Assembly: GCA_946545645.1 (NCBI GenBank)
Contig: CAMNNQ010000161.1
Span: forward strand, 4,876 to 68,875
DNA from: an uncultured Clostridia bacterium
GTDB taxonomy: Bacteria; Bacillota; Clostridia; Oscillospirales; Ruminococcaceae
Direction of reading: 5' to 3'
DNA: 64,000 nt
The notes beneath the pieces are model-generated. The model was not told the origin of the DNA. It ran no database searches and saw only the letters and a list, made by a program, of their open reading frames with translations. The position numbers were made by a program, and so were the translations under genes. Shown piece by piece: positions 9,500 through 19,010 of the stretch. Positions within the stretch are counted from its first letter, which is position 1; each line of letters begins with the position of its first letter.

Positions 9500-10804
9500 A
9501 TGACAAGTTTTTTGATGACGCTGGCCGCTTCGGCCTCCGAGACGGCAAGCACTGTGGCAGACAAATTCGCTGTCAGCGACGAGACCTATCACAAGGTCAT
9601 GCAGAACCCTGATAAGGTCTTTTTTCCAAATTTCGGCGGCGGTGATAATGTCCTGAGCGAAGGCTTTACTGTAAACAGGGTTTTGTTCACGATTCCCGGC
9701 ATCAACTTCAAGGTGTATTGGTACGGCTTTCTGATCGCTGTCGGCATTCTCCTTGCTATGATTTACGGCTTCAGAAAAATGCGTTCTGTCGGCATCAACC
9801 CCGATAGAGCAACAGACGGAGTAATTGCCGGTTTTTTCGGTGCCCTTGCATTTGCCAGATTGTATTATATCCTTTTCAACAGCGATATATCTCTAAAGGA
9901 ATTCTTTAATTTCCGCGAAGGCGGCCTTGCCATATACGGCGGTATCATCGGTGCTGTCGTATGCGGAGGGATCGTTATCAAGCTCAGGAAAATCAAACTC
10001 GCTGCAATGCTTGATGTTGTCGCGCCGTGTTTCCTTATTGGCCAGTGTATCGGCAGATGGGGTAATTTCTTCAATCAGGAAGCATTCGGAGCTACCACTG
10101 ATCTGCCATGGGGAATGATGAGCAGCAAGACCGTCAATTATCTTGCAGAGAACTGTCGGGAGCTTTCCTTCAAAGCACCTGTGCACCCCTGCTTCCTCTA
10201 TGAATCGATCTGGTGCCTTGCAGCATTTATAATTCTCCATATATACTTTAAACACAGGAAATTTGACGGTGAAGTTTTTCTTATGTATGCCGGGATTTAC
10301 GGGCTCGGACGTTTCTTTATTGAAGCTACGAGGACTGATTCGCTTTACCTTATGAATATCAAGGTTTCGCAGCTCGTTGCAGGCGCAAGCGTTATTGCCG
10401 CCCTGGTGCTGATAATCATTTTCAGAAATATGGTTAAGCGTAATGATGATTACAAGCTGTTCGTTGATACAGATCTCTCAAAGACTCAGCTCAAAGAGTA
10501 TGATTCTTATGAAGCTGATAAAAAGGCCAAGAAGGAGCTTAAGAAGAAGATCGCTGATGCTGAAGCTGCCGGAGAAAGTACAGTCGAGCTCAAAAAGGAA
10601 TATGAAGAAAAATTCGGGAAGAATGCAAAAAAGCCTTCTGATGATGTGAAGGAAGATGATAGCAGCTCGGAAAGCTATAAGTCTATCCTTGAGGATGATG
10701 ATGCTTCTGAAGAGGATACCGGGGAAAAAGCAGATGATGATAAAGAAGCCGATGAGGCTGATAAAGATAATGATACAACAGAGGAGGAAAACAGTAATGA
10801 GTAA
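9500..10804 (+). CDS. lgt: Prolipoprotein diacylglyceryl transferase with a long charged C-terminal tail
   Basis: [45 protein letters not shown]; the last ~120 aa are K/E/D-rich. Confidence 0.95.
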   Translation: MTSFLMTLAASASETASTVADKFAVSDETYHKVMQNPDKVFFPNFGGGDNVLSEGFTVNRVLFTIPGINFKVYWYGFLIAVGILLAMIYGFRKMRSVGINPDRATDGVIAGFFGALAFARLYYILFNSDISLKEFFNFREGGLAIYGGIIGAVVCGGIVIKLRKIKLAAMLDVVAPCFLIGQCIGRWGNFFNQEAFGATTDLPWGMMSSKTVNYLAENCRELSFKAPVHPCFLYESIWCLAAFIILHIYFKHRKFDGEVFLMYAGIYGLGRFFIEATRTDSLYLMNIKVSQLVAGASVIAALVLIIIFRNMVKRNDDYKLFVDTDLSKTQLKEYDSYEADKKAKKELKKKIADAEAAGESTVELKKEYEEKFGKNAKKPSDDVKEDDSSSESYKSILEDDDASEEDTGEKADDDKEADEADKDNDTTEEENSNE

Positions 10805-11648
10805 TATTATTGACGGAAAAGCGGTATCGGCGCAGGTCAAGGAGCGCATCAGAGTCGAGACCGCTAAACTGAAAGAGCAGGGGATCGAGGTCGGCCTTGC
10901 AGTTGTTATAGTAGGCGATGATCCTGCTTCTAAGGTGTATGTCAGGAACAAGAAAAAAGCTTGCGAGGAAGTAGGGTTCACTTCCTATGAGTATGCTCTG
11001 CCGGCAGAAACCACAGAGGAGGAATTGCTTGACCTTGTCAAAAAGCTCAATGCTGATAAGAAGGTCAACGGAATCCTTGTTCAGCTCCCGCTGCCAAAGC
11101 ACTTAGACGATAAGGTCATTATAAACAATATCCTTCCTGAAAAGGATGTAGATGCTTTTCATCCTGTAAATGTCGGGAAGATAATGATCGGGGATTACAG
11201 CTTCCTGCCTTGTACTCCTGCCGGAGTTATGGAGCTCATCGCTTCTACCGGGACCGAGATCCAAGGCAAGGAATGTGTGGTTATCGGAAGGAGCAATATA
11301 GTCGGAAAACCTCAGGCTATGCTGCTGCTCCATAAAAGCGGAACAGTTACGATCTGTCATTCAAAGACAAAAAACCTCAAGGAAGTTGCCAGCAGAGCAG
11401 ATATACTTGTTGCGGCTGTCGGAAAAGCCAAGATGATAACTAAAGATTTTATCAAGGAGGGAGCAGTTGTTATAGATGTCGGTATGAACAGAGACGAAAA
11501 CGGAAAACTCTGCGGAGATGTCGATTTTGAGGACTGCAAGGAAAAGGCCGGTTATATTACTCCGGTCCCCGGCGGTGTCGGGCCGATGACTATTGCAATG
11601 CTGATGCAGAATACTCTTACAGCTGCAAAACAGCAGAATGGGCTCTGA
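10797..11648 (+). CDS. folD: Bifunctional methylene-THF dehydrogenase/cyclohydrolase
   Basis: MSNIIDGK start after GAGGAGG (the track start at 10656 is too early); [44 protein letters not shown]. Confidence 0.97.
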   Translation: MSNIIDGKAVSAQVKERIRVETAKLKEQGIEVGLAVVIVGDDPASKVYVRNKKKACEEVGFTSYEYALPAETTEEELLDLVKKLNADKKVNGILVQLPLPKHLDDKVIINNILPEKDVDAFHPVNVGKIMIGDYSFLPCTPAGVMELIASTGTEIQGKECVVIGRSNIVGKPQAMLLLHKSGTVTICHSKTKNLKEVASRADILVAAVGKAKMITKDFIKEGAVVIDVGMNRDENGKLCGDVDFEDCKEKAGYITPVPGGVGPMTIAMLMQNTLTAAKQQNGL

Positions 11649-11675
11649 TAACTTGTAAAATTTCTGTGAATTCTA

Positions 11676-11704
11676 TTTACAAATACTATTGTTTATAGTA
11701 TAAT
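11676..11704 (+). promoter_or_regulatory. sigma-A promoter of rpsO
   Basis: TTTACA-N17-TATAAT. Confidence 0.8.
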
Positions 11705-11710
11705 ATTTAA

Positions 11711-11821
11711 TGTTGCGTAAGCAGCGATATCCCTGCTGCAGGATATGGGTAAAGCCCTAATGGGAACGATACCTGCCATATCCTTCGGCTGTGGAAATAT
11801 AATTGAAAGAGGTATTGTAAA
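11711..11821 (+). ncRNA. Structured rpsO 5' leader, putative S15 autoregulatory element
   Basis: Helix AGGATATGG (11740-48) / CCATATCCT (11776-84) with inner GGTA/TACC and CCC/GGG stems, plus a 5' GCAGC/GCTGC hairpin; lies between the promoter and the rpsO RBS. Confidence 0.6.
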
Positions 11822-12088
11822 ATGCTCAGAAAAGACGAAAAAACAGCTGTTATCGAAGCTAACAGAACTCACCCGACCGATACCGGTTCTCCTGAGGTCC
11901 AGATCGCTATCCTTACCAAAAGGATCAACGACCTTACCGAGCACCTCAAGAACAACAAGAAGGATCATCACTCCAGAAGAGGCCTTCTGAAGATGGTCGG
12001 AAAGAGAAGAAACCTTCTCGGTTACCTGAAGAAGAAGGATATCGAGAGATACAGAGCAGTTATCGACAAGCTCGGCCTTCGTAAGTAA
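11822..12088 (+). CDS. rpsO: 30S ribosomal protein S15
   Basis: [42 protein letters not shown]. Confidence 0.99.
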   Translation: MLRKDEKTAVIEANRTHPTDTGSPEVQIAILTKRINDLTEHLKNNKKDHHSRRGLLKMVGKRRNLLGYLKKKDIERYRAVIDKLGLRK

Positions 12089-12096
12089 ACAGCAAG

Positions 12097-12147
12097 ACAC
12101 CAAGGCAGCGGCGCTTCACGGCGCAACTGCCTTTTGGTGTTTATTTT
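12097..12147 (+). terminator. Intrinsic terminator / hairpin after rpsO
   Basis: ACACCAAGGCAG pairs with CTGCC(TT)TTGGTGT and is followed by TTATTTT. Confidence 0.7.
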
Positions 12148-12271
12148 CGCTAATTCAAATCAATTGCAGGTGTTGTCTTTTAGCATTAAACAGGATCCGC
12201 GAGCCTTATCGCGGGATCTGTTTATTGCTAATGGCTCGCCTGTAAAATATAAATTCAGGAGGAGTTTTATA

Positions 12272-14383
12272 GTGTTTGAAAATTACAGAAAATTTGAAAC
12301 AACTTATGCCGGAAGACCTTTCATAGTCGAGACAGGTAAGGTAGCACAGTTGTCGAACGGTTCCTGCTGGGTAAGATACGGTGAGACCGTTGTTATGGCC
12401 AATGTTACCGCATCCCCCAAGCCCAGAGAGGGCATCGACTTTTTCCCTCTCTCTGTTGACTACGAAGAGAGACTTTACTCTGTAGGAAAGATCCCCGGCT
12501 CTTTTATGAAGAGAGAAGGGAAGCCTACCGAGAAGGCTATCCTGACATCCAGAATGGTCGATAGGCCGATCAGACCTCTTTTCCCTAAGGATATGAGAAA
12601 TGATGTATCTGTTGTTATGACTGTCCTTTCGGTTGATCCTGACTGCTCTCCTGAGATCGCAGGTATGATCGCTGCTTCCATAGCGATCTCTATTTCTGAT
12701 ATTCCCTGGAATGGCCCTATTGCCGGTATCAGTGTAGGTCTTGTTGATGGCGAGCTTGTTCTTAATCCGACTCTTGAGCAGAGAAATAACAATCATCTGA
12801 ATCTTACAGTTGCCGGATCTATGGAGAAGATCGTTATGATCGAAGCGGGTGCTGACGAAGTTCCCGATGATCAGATGCTGGATGCTATCCTGCTTGGTCA
12901 CGCTGAGATCAAAAAGATGGTAGCTTTCATCAACGATATCAAAGCTCAGATCGGCAAGCCTAAGTTCACCTTCGAGTCTATGGAACTTGACCATGATATG
13001 ATGGATGAGTTCATGGCTGATTTCGGCGATCAGATCAAGTTTGCTCTCGATACCGATGATAAGAATGTCCGTGATGCAAGAATGCAGCCCATCACTGATG
13101 CGCTTCTGGAAAAATACACTGAGAAGTATGAGAATCTCCCTACGATCATCGGTGAGGTAATGTATAAGCTCCAGAAGATAATTGTCAGAGATTGGCTCTA
13201 CAATGGTAAGCGTGTTGACGGCAGAGGCATAGATGAGATCAGACCTCTTGCTGCTGAGGTGGGTTTCCTGCCCAGAGTTCATGGCTCAGGACTTTTCACA
13301 AGAGGTCAGACTCAGGTAATGACTATCTGTACTCTCGGACCTGTAAGCGATGCTCAGCGCCTTGACGGCCTTGATGAAGAGGATTCCAAGAGGTATATCC
13401 ATCACTATAATTTCCCGTCTTATTCTGTTGGTGAGACAAAGCCCTCCAGAGGCCCCGGCCGTCGTGAGATCGGTCATGGAGCTCTGGCAGAGAGAGCTCT
13501 CGTTCCTGTTATTCCCAGCGTTGAAGAGTTCCCCTATGCTATCAGAATGGTATCTGAGGTCCTTTCCTCCAACGGTTCTACATCTCAGGGCTCTATCTGC
13601 GGCTCTACTCTTGCGCTTATGGATGCCGGCGTTCCGATCAAGGCACCTGTTGCAGGTATCTCCTGCGGCCTTATCACTAAGGAAGACGGTAGCTGGATGA
13701 CAATGGTCGATATCCAGGGCCTTGAAGATTTTTATGGCGACATGGATTTCAAGGTCGGCGGTACCAAGAAGGGTATCACTGCTATCCAGGTGGATATCAA
13801 AGTTGACGGACTGACTCCCGATATCATTAAGGAGGCCTTTGCAAAGACTCATAAGGCCAGAAATTATATACTCGACGAGATCATGCTCAAGGCTATTCCT
13901 GAGCCTAGACCCGAGGTCAACAAGTGGGCTCCTAAGATGCTTACAACCAAAGTGCCTGTTGACAAGATCAGAGAAGTTATCGGCAGCGGCGGAAAGGTGA
14001 TCCAGAAGATCTCTGCTGAGTGCGATGTTAAGATCGATATTGAAGAAGACGGCAGTGTATTTGTTTCCGGCGTTGATAAGGACAAGGCTATGCAGGCTAT
14101 TTCTATCATCAACACTATTGCAAATGACCCTGAGATCGGAGCTATCTACAAGGGCAAGGTCGTTCGTATTATGAACTTCGGTGCTTTTGTTGAGATCGCT
14201 CCCGGTAAGGATGGCCTCGTTCATATCTCCAAGCTGGATAAGCAGAGAGTTGAGAAGGTCGAAGATGTTGTTCAGATCGGCGATGAGATCGTTGTAAAGG
14301 TTATGGAGATAGATTCTCAGGGCAGGATCAATCTTTCAAGAAAGGATGCTCTCGCTGATATCGAAGCTAAGAAAAAAGGCTGA
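12272..14383 (+). CDS. pnp: Polyribonucleotide nucleotidyltransferase (PNPase)
   Basis: GTG start after AGGAGG; FFPLSVDYEER, RVHGSGLFTRGQTQ, RREIGHGALAERAL, SNGSTSQGS, GDMDFKVGG, KH and S1 domains. Confidence 0.99.
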   Translation: MFENYRKFETTYAGRPFIVETGKVAQLSNGSCWVRYGETVVMANVTASPKPREGIDFFPLSVDYEERLYSVGKIPGSFMKREGKPTEKAILTSRMVDRPIRPLFPKDMRNDVSVVMTVLSVDPDCSPEIAGMIAASIAISISDIPWNGPIAGISVGLVDGELVLNPTLEQRNNNHLNLTVAGSMEKIVMIEAGADEVPDDQMLDAILLGHAEIKKMVAFINDIKAQIGKPKFTFESMELDHDMMDEFMADFGDQIKFALDTDDKNVRDARMQPITDALLEKYTEKYENLPTIIGEVMYKLQKIIVRDWLYNGKRVDGRGIDEIRPLAAEVGFLPRVHGSGLFTRGQTQVMTICTLGPVSDAQRLDGLDEEDSKRYIHHYNFPSYSVGETKPSRGPGRREIGHGALAERALVPVIPSVEEFPYAIRMVSEVLSSNGSTSQGSICGSTLALMDAGVPIKAPVAGISCGLITKEDGSWMTMVDIQGLEDFYGDMDFKVGGTKKGITAIQVDIKVDGLTPDIIKEAFAKTHKARNYILDEIMLKAIPEPRPEVNKWAPKMLTTKVPVDKIREVIGSGGKVIQKISAECDVKIDIEEDGSVFVSGVDKDKAMQAISIINTIANDPEIGAIYKGKVVRIMNFGAFVEIAPGKDGLVHISKLDKQRVEKVEDVVQIGDEIVVKVMEIDSQGRINLSRKDALADIEAKKKG

Positions 14384-14395
14384 TCGGGTGATTTT

Positions 14396-15166
14396 ATGAA
14401 ATGCTGTATCTGCGGCACAGAGATAGACCCAAGAACCGGATATTGTCCCGGATGCGGTAATACGCTCGGTAATGGTGCTGCTGGCGGTAATTTGCCGGCC
14501 GGCGGCTCTGCTCCGATGCGGTATAATGCGCCGAATATGGGAAATCAGACTTACGGACAGCCTGGTCCGCAATATGGTCCTCCGCAGTATGGGCAGCCGA
14601 ATTACAGTAATCCTCAGTTTGACAACAGGCAGTTTAATCAACCGATGTACGGCGCTTTCCCTCAGCAGATACAGAAGAAAAGAACCAATCCTGCGCTTAT
14701 TATTGCTATTGCTGTTATCGGGATAATCGCTATCGCGGTTATCGGTACTATGACAAACACAACAAAAACATTTGACTTCGATTCATTTACTATTGATCTT
14801 CCAAGGAATTTTAAATCTGTTGAAGCCGATAAAAAGATCTTCAAGATCAATTCCGAAGAATTTGCTTCCTATGCAAACAGTAAGTGTAAGTTCATTTATG
14901 TTTGCGACCAAGGCATTAGTTTAGATATTAAGACTCTGGAGCCTTTGATCAAGGCAAAAGACGGCTATAAAAGATACGATATCTCAACTAATGAGCTTAA
15001 ATTCAAAATCAAGGAAACAAATGATAATAAGGATTATTACTATCATTTTAGGATCGAACAGAATGGTGATAATGTCTATTATTTCTTCCTGCTATGCAGA
15101 GATGAAGACAGAAAGACTTATCAGGACAGATTTGGAGAATGGCTGAATTCCGTCAAATTTAAATGA
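14396..15166 (+). CDS. Zinc-ribbon / Pro-Gln linker / single-TM membrane protein
   Basis: CCICG...CPGCG, G/P/Q-rich linker, hydrophobic ALIIAIAVIGIIAIAVIG segment, ~135-aa C-terminal domain. Confidence 0.75.
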   Translation: MKCCICGTEIDPRTGYCPGCGNTLGNGAAGGNLPAGGSAPMRYNAPNMGNQTYGQPGPQYGPPQYGQPNYSNPQFDNRQFNQPMYGAFPQQIQKKRTNPALIIAIAVIGIIAIAVIGTMTNTTKTFDFDSFTIDLPRNFKSVEADKKIFKINSEEFASYANSKCKFIYVCDQGISLDIKTLEPLIKAKDGYKRYDISTNELKFKIKETNDNKDYYYHFRIEQNGDNVYYFFLLCRDEDRKTYQDRFGEWLNSVKFK

Positions 15167-15225
15167 ATCTTGATCTTTTCTGCGATAATGAGATGTTTGA
15201 ACAAGTCTTTATGATTGCTTTTTTT

Positions 15226-15262
15226 AAGGCTGTGCAGAGTTTTGCTCTGTACAGCCTTTTTC
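15226..15262. terminator. Terminator between convergent genes
   Basis: AAGGCTGTGCAGAG / CTCTGTACAGCCTT stem followed by a T-run on the + strand. Confidence 0.8.
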
Positions 15263-15274
15263 ATTATTATTTAC

Positions 15275-15985
15275 TCATCCTATTCTTTCAAGGTTTTCTT
15301 TGATCGAGCGAAGTATTCTTTTTTCCAGACGGCTGATATAAGATTGTGATATCCCAAGAATGTCTGCTACTTGCTTCTGAGTCAGTTCCTTGTGTCCGTT
15401 TAAGCCGTAGCGCATAGTCATTATCTGCTTTTCGCGCTCGGGAAGCATTTCGATCTCTCTCAGCAGCAATTGCTTATCGACTTCGTTTTCAATATCTCGG
15501 TTGACTATATCGTCGTCTGTTCCGAGAATATCCGATAGCAGCAATTCATTGCCGTCCCAGTCGATATTCAAGGGTTCATCGATAGATATCTCGTTCCGGT
15601 ACTGAGTTGATTTGCGAAGGAACATGAGTATCTCGTTTTCAATACAACGTGAAGCGTATGTTGCAAGCTTAATGTTTTTATCAGGACAGAATGTCTTGAC
15701 AGCTTTAATCAGCCCGATAGTTCCGATAGAGATCAGATCTTCAAGCCCGACCCCCGTAGATTCAAATTTCTTGGATATGTAAACAACAAGCCTAAGATTA
15801 TGAACTATCAGGAGATCTCTGGCTTTTTCCGGGTCTTCCTTAAGAAGTTCAAATGCTTTTTTCTCCTCTTTACTGTCCAAGGGCGGTGGTAACTGGTCTG
15901 TGCCGTTGATATAATCAACGGTATTTTCCTTTATCTGAGATATTATAACTGCAATTATCCTATCCATCAAATCCCTGATGCACAT
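15275..15985 (-). CDS. sigE: Sporulation sigma factor pro-sigmaE
   Basis: [82 protein letters not shown]; directly downstream of spoIIGA. Confidence 0.95.
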   Translation of the reverse strand: MCIRDLMDRIIAVIISQIKENTVDYINGTDQLPPPLDSKEEKKAFELLKEDPEKARDLLIVHNLRLVVYISKKFESTGVGLEDLISIGTIGLIKAVKTFCPDKNIKLATYASRCIENEILMFLRKSTQYRNEISIDEPLNIDWDGNELLLSDILGTDDDIVNRDIENEVDKQLLLREIEMLPEREKQIMTMRYGLNGHKELTQKQVADILGISQSYISRLEKRILRSIKENLERIG

Positions 15986-16002
15986 TATGATTCTCCTCTC
16001 TT

Positions 16003-16827
16003 TCAGCAGATAATTTTTGGGTCAAGTATAGCCCTGTCCCGCCCATCGTTATCAAGTATTCCGGCAGCACACCGCAATTCTTTGGATTCTCCGTCTGAAA
16101 ATATTACTGATACCCTTGCGTTTAGGGTTACAGGCATAAGTGATGTCCCTGAGATAGTTTTATAGGGGACAAAATGAAAACCTTGCTGTATCAGCCGGAT
16201 CTCGTTCCCAAGCTCAAAGTATTCAAATAGCCGTCTGCTTTTGAATATGACAACTGGCTCACCGCTGAAGCAATCTGTTATCAGTGCGCCTGTGTCCTCA
16301 AGTGCAGGCATTGTAACACTGATATTTCCTTTTGTAAACACAGCTTTCAGCTCCATAAGCCGTACAGGATGAAATCTCAGCAGAGAATCATATATGCTGA
16401 TGATAAGATATGTAACGATTGTACAGATGATAAGAAGCAGCAGAGGTATATTGAAATATACTGTACAGTTTCGTATGATAATGATATTACCGCCAAAACT
16501 GTCACATAGTAAAAAGCATAAGCCGCCGATGATCAGATTTATTACCAGATATATTATCGAATCGCGGAATACAGCCTTTCTGTTACGTACACCAGCTGTG
16601 ATAACGACCAGGACAAGCATAATGGCTTTCAGTAATGCAATCAGCAGGGAAGTTATGTATCCTGATGGTTTGAGAAGAACGATCAATGAGCCCATCCCGC
16701 CGAGACAGCTTGCGGTAACATATCTTCTCAAACTGAAACGTCTATGTGTCAATCGAGACAAAAGACTAAGTGAAAGCATTGTCATTATTGTATTACAAAG
16801 GAACAGCATATCCAGATATATTTTCAC
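16003..16827 (-). CDS. spoIIGA: Pro-sigmaE processing aspartic protease SpoIIGA
   Basis: GTG start (MKIYLDMLF) after GGGGTGA, multiple TM helices, DTG catalytic motif ([11 protein letters not shown]), upstream of sigE. Confidence 0.88.
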   Translation of the reverse strand: MKIYLDMLFLCNTIMTMLSLSLLSRLTHRRFSLRRYVTASCLGGMGSLIVLLKPSGYITSLLIALLKAIMLVLVVITAGVRNRKAVFRDSIIYLVINLIIGGLCFLLCDSFGGNIIIIRNCTVYFNIPLLLLIICTIVTYLIISIYDSLLRFHPVRLMELKAVFTKGNISVTMPALEDTGALITDCFSGEPVVIFKSRRLFEYFELGNEIRLIQQGFHFVPYKTISGTSLMPVTLNARVSVIFSDGESKELRCAAGILDNDGRDRAILDPKIIC

Positions 16828-16848
16828 GTTGCTCACCCCGCTGGTTCT

Positions 16849-16881
16849 ATTATAACCTGCGGTTGATTTATTTTTTGTCAT
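16849..16881 (-). promoter_or_regulatory. Putative spoIIG promoter with long spacer
   Basis: Minus strand ATGACA-N21-TATAAT; the -35 overlaps TGTCATA, a 5/7 match to the Spo0A box TGNCGAA. Confidence 0.5.
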
Positions 16882-16915
16882 AAAAAAGAAAGCATCCCAT
16901 ATTTGAGATGCTTTC
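16882..16915 (-). terminator. Intrinsic terminator of the prfA...aminopeptidase operon
   Basis: GAAAGCATC/GATGCTTTC 9-bp stem followed by a U-run on the minus strand. Confidence 0.75.
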
Positions 16916-16927
16916 ATGATTGCATAC

Positions 16928-18334
16928 TTAATCTGCAAAGAATACGGCAAATGCTTTATAAGCCATATAGATATCTATCTTAGAAGTTACTTCAAAAGGA
17001 GCGTGCATACAAAGCACAGGAACTCCTACATCAATTACGTCCATATCAAGATTTGCGATAAACTGAGCAACTGTTCCGCCGCCTCCGAGATCTACTTTTC
17101 CCAGCTCGCCTGTCTGCCAGATAACACCGTTTTCATCAAAGAGCCTGCGAATTCGGCCGACAAATTCTGCTGAAGCATCACTTGTGCCGGATTTTCCGCG
17201 TGCTCCCGTAAACTTTGTCGCAACGACACCGTAATTCAGTTTCGAAGCGTTACGCTTTTCAGTAACATCCTGGAAGGTCGGATCGACAGCGGAATTGACG
17301 TCTGCTGAGAGGCATTCCGATGCTGATATGACATTATGACCTTTGAGCCCATAGGCTGATGCAAGGTCGTCAATGAAATAAGCGAGATATGAGCTGTTGA
17401 GACCTGTATTTCCGTCGCTGCCGGTCTCTTCCTTGTCTGTAAGGCAGGTCAGGCAGGTGTGTTTTGGCTTATTGACTTCAAGTATTGCTTTCAGAGCTGT
17501 ATAAGCGCAGGAACTGTCATCCTGTCCGTATGCGCCGATCATGCTCCTGTCGAAGCCAATATCTTTAGCTTTGAACTGCGGGACTGCTTCCAATTCAGCC
17601 GACATAAAGTCGTCTTCAATAATGCCGTATTTCTCGTTCAGTATTGACATTATATTGAGCTTGATCTTGTTTGATACCTTATCATCCTTGAAAGGCATGG
17701 ATCCTACAAGGATATTGAGCTCTTCTCCCTTGATGAGTTCAGCGGGAGTGCGCTTCATCTGCTGCTGTGCAAGATGCGGGAGCAGATCGGTAACACAGAA
17801 AACAGGATCGTTCTCATCTTCACCGATATTTACTGTTATGCTTTCACCGTTGGACTTGATAACAACTCCGTGGAGCGAGAGGGGGATCGCTGCCCACTGA
17901 TACTTTTTGATACCGCCGTAATAGTGAGTTTTGAAAAGTGCGAAATCCTGTTCTTCGTAGAGCGGGTTTTGTTTCAGATCCATTCTAGGCGAGTCAATGT
18001 GAGCAGCGGCAAGTCTGACACCGCTTTCAAGAGATTCTTTTCCCATAACACCAAGAATTATCGCTTTGCCTCTGTTGTTATAGTAGAATTTGTCTCCTGC
18101 CTTGTATTTTTTTCCTCTTACAAAAGGCTTGAATCCTGCTGCTTCGGCAAGCGTTACTGTTTTGATGACAGCTTCTCGCTCGGTTTTTGCTTCGTCGAGG
18201 TATTTCTTGTAGTCTTCGCAGAATACGTCTGCTTTGGAGATCTCCTCTGAGCTGAGGAGGAGTCCGGCGTGTTTGTGGTCAGAGAGCAGCTTCTCGGAAA
18301 GCAGCTCACCTTCAGTTTTCTTTTCCTGTTTCAT
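16928..18334 (-). CDS. M18 family aminopeptidase (ApeA / aminopeptidase I type)
   Basis: AAHIDSPRMDLK, YYGGIKKYQW, GAYGQDD, DKEETGS, SADV, HAPFE; start MKQEKK after GGAGGG. Confidence 0.93.
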   Translation of the reverse strand: MKQEKKTEGELLSEKLLSDHKHAGLLLSSEEISKADVFCEDYKKYLDEAKTEREAVIKTVTLAEAAGFKPFVRGKKYKAGDKFYYNNRGKAIILGVMGKESLESGVRLAAAHIDSPRMDLKQNPLYEEQDFALFKTHYYGGIKKYQWAAIPLSLHGVVIKSNGESITVNIGEDENDPVFCVTDLLPHLAQQQMKRTPAELIKGEELNILVGSMPFKDDKVSNKIKLNIMSILNEKYGIIEDDFMSAELEAVPQFKAKDIGFDRSMIGAYGQDDSSCAYTALKAILEVNKPKHTCLTCLTDKEETGSDGNTGLNSSYLAYFIDDLASAYGLKGHNVISASECLSADVNSAVDPTFQDVTEKRNASKLNYGVVATKFTGARGKSGTSDASAEFVGRIRRLFDENGVIWQTGELGKVDLGGGGTVAQFIANLDMDVIDVGVPVLCMHAPFEVTSKIDIYMAYKAFAVFFAD

Positions 18335-19010
18335 AGTTAAGATCACCCTCCAGTTTAGATTTGTATTTATTATAGGCATTCATGACCTTATATATGTAAT
18401 TGGCTGTAACGCTTGACGGAACATCTTCCAGATCAAAATTGTTGGGATCGACCGTCCCGTTTTTAATCCAGTTATCGACAGCGTTCATCCCGCCATGATA
18501 TGCCGCAGCAGTCAGTTCATAGGAGTGGTCGAACTTCTCATAAAGATATTTCAGCATATATGTTCCGTACTCGATATTAAGCTCCGGGTCATACATATCA
18601 TCAAATGAGTGGACTCGTTCATCGTCCATCCGGAATTTGATCCAGTTGTATGCATCCTCCATGATCTGCATCAAGCCTCTGGCACCTACATCCGAGGTAG
18701 CGTCCGGATTGAAGTGGCTCTCGGTATTAATGATTGCAAAAACGAATTTCGGGTCAAATTCATTTTGCTTTGCATATTTGATGACATATTCTTCATAGTC
18801 AGTTGTCATAAAGACATTAGGTCCGAAATCGCTGAGCTTTTCTTTGATCTTATCTCTGAAAATGAATACCAGTGTCCCCAGTAGTACAACGATAAAGACA
18901 ATAACGACTATAAGAACGGTATGATCCTTCTTTTTCTTCTTTTTCTTGCCTTTTGCCTTGGATCTTGGGGCGGCATTGGGCTTTTTGCTTTTTGATCTTT
19001 TATCTGCCAT
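18312..19010 (-). CDS. SLT-domain lytic transglycosylase with N-terminal membrane anchor
   Basis: AIINTESHF, GARGLMQI, NIEYGTYML, AAYHGG; Lys-rich N-terminus followed by one TM helix. Confidence 0.92.
   Translation of the reverse strand: MADKRSKSKKPNAAPRSKAKGKKKKKKKDHTVLIVVIVFIVVLLGTLVFIFRDKIKEKLSDFGPNVFMTTDYEEYVIKYAKQNEFDPKFVFAIINTESHFNPDATSDVGARGLMQIMEDAYNWIKFRMDDERVHSFDDMYDPELNIEYGTYMLKYLYEKFDHSYELTAAAYHGGMNAVDNWIKNGTVDPNNFDLEDVPSSVTANYIYKVMNAYNKYKSKLEGDLNYETGKEN

Noticed and set aside
10656-10796. N-terminal extension of folD
   Set aside because: It is an alternate-frame read of the low-complexity lgt tail; FolD homology and the RBS begin at 10797.
12206-14224. Long antisense ORFs (358 and 312 aa) opposite pnp
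   Set aside because: Shadow ORFs produced by the codon bias of a highly expressed gene; no RBS or recognisable motifs.
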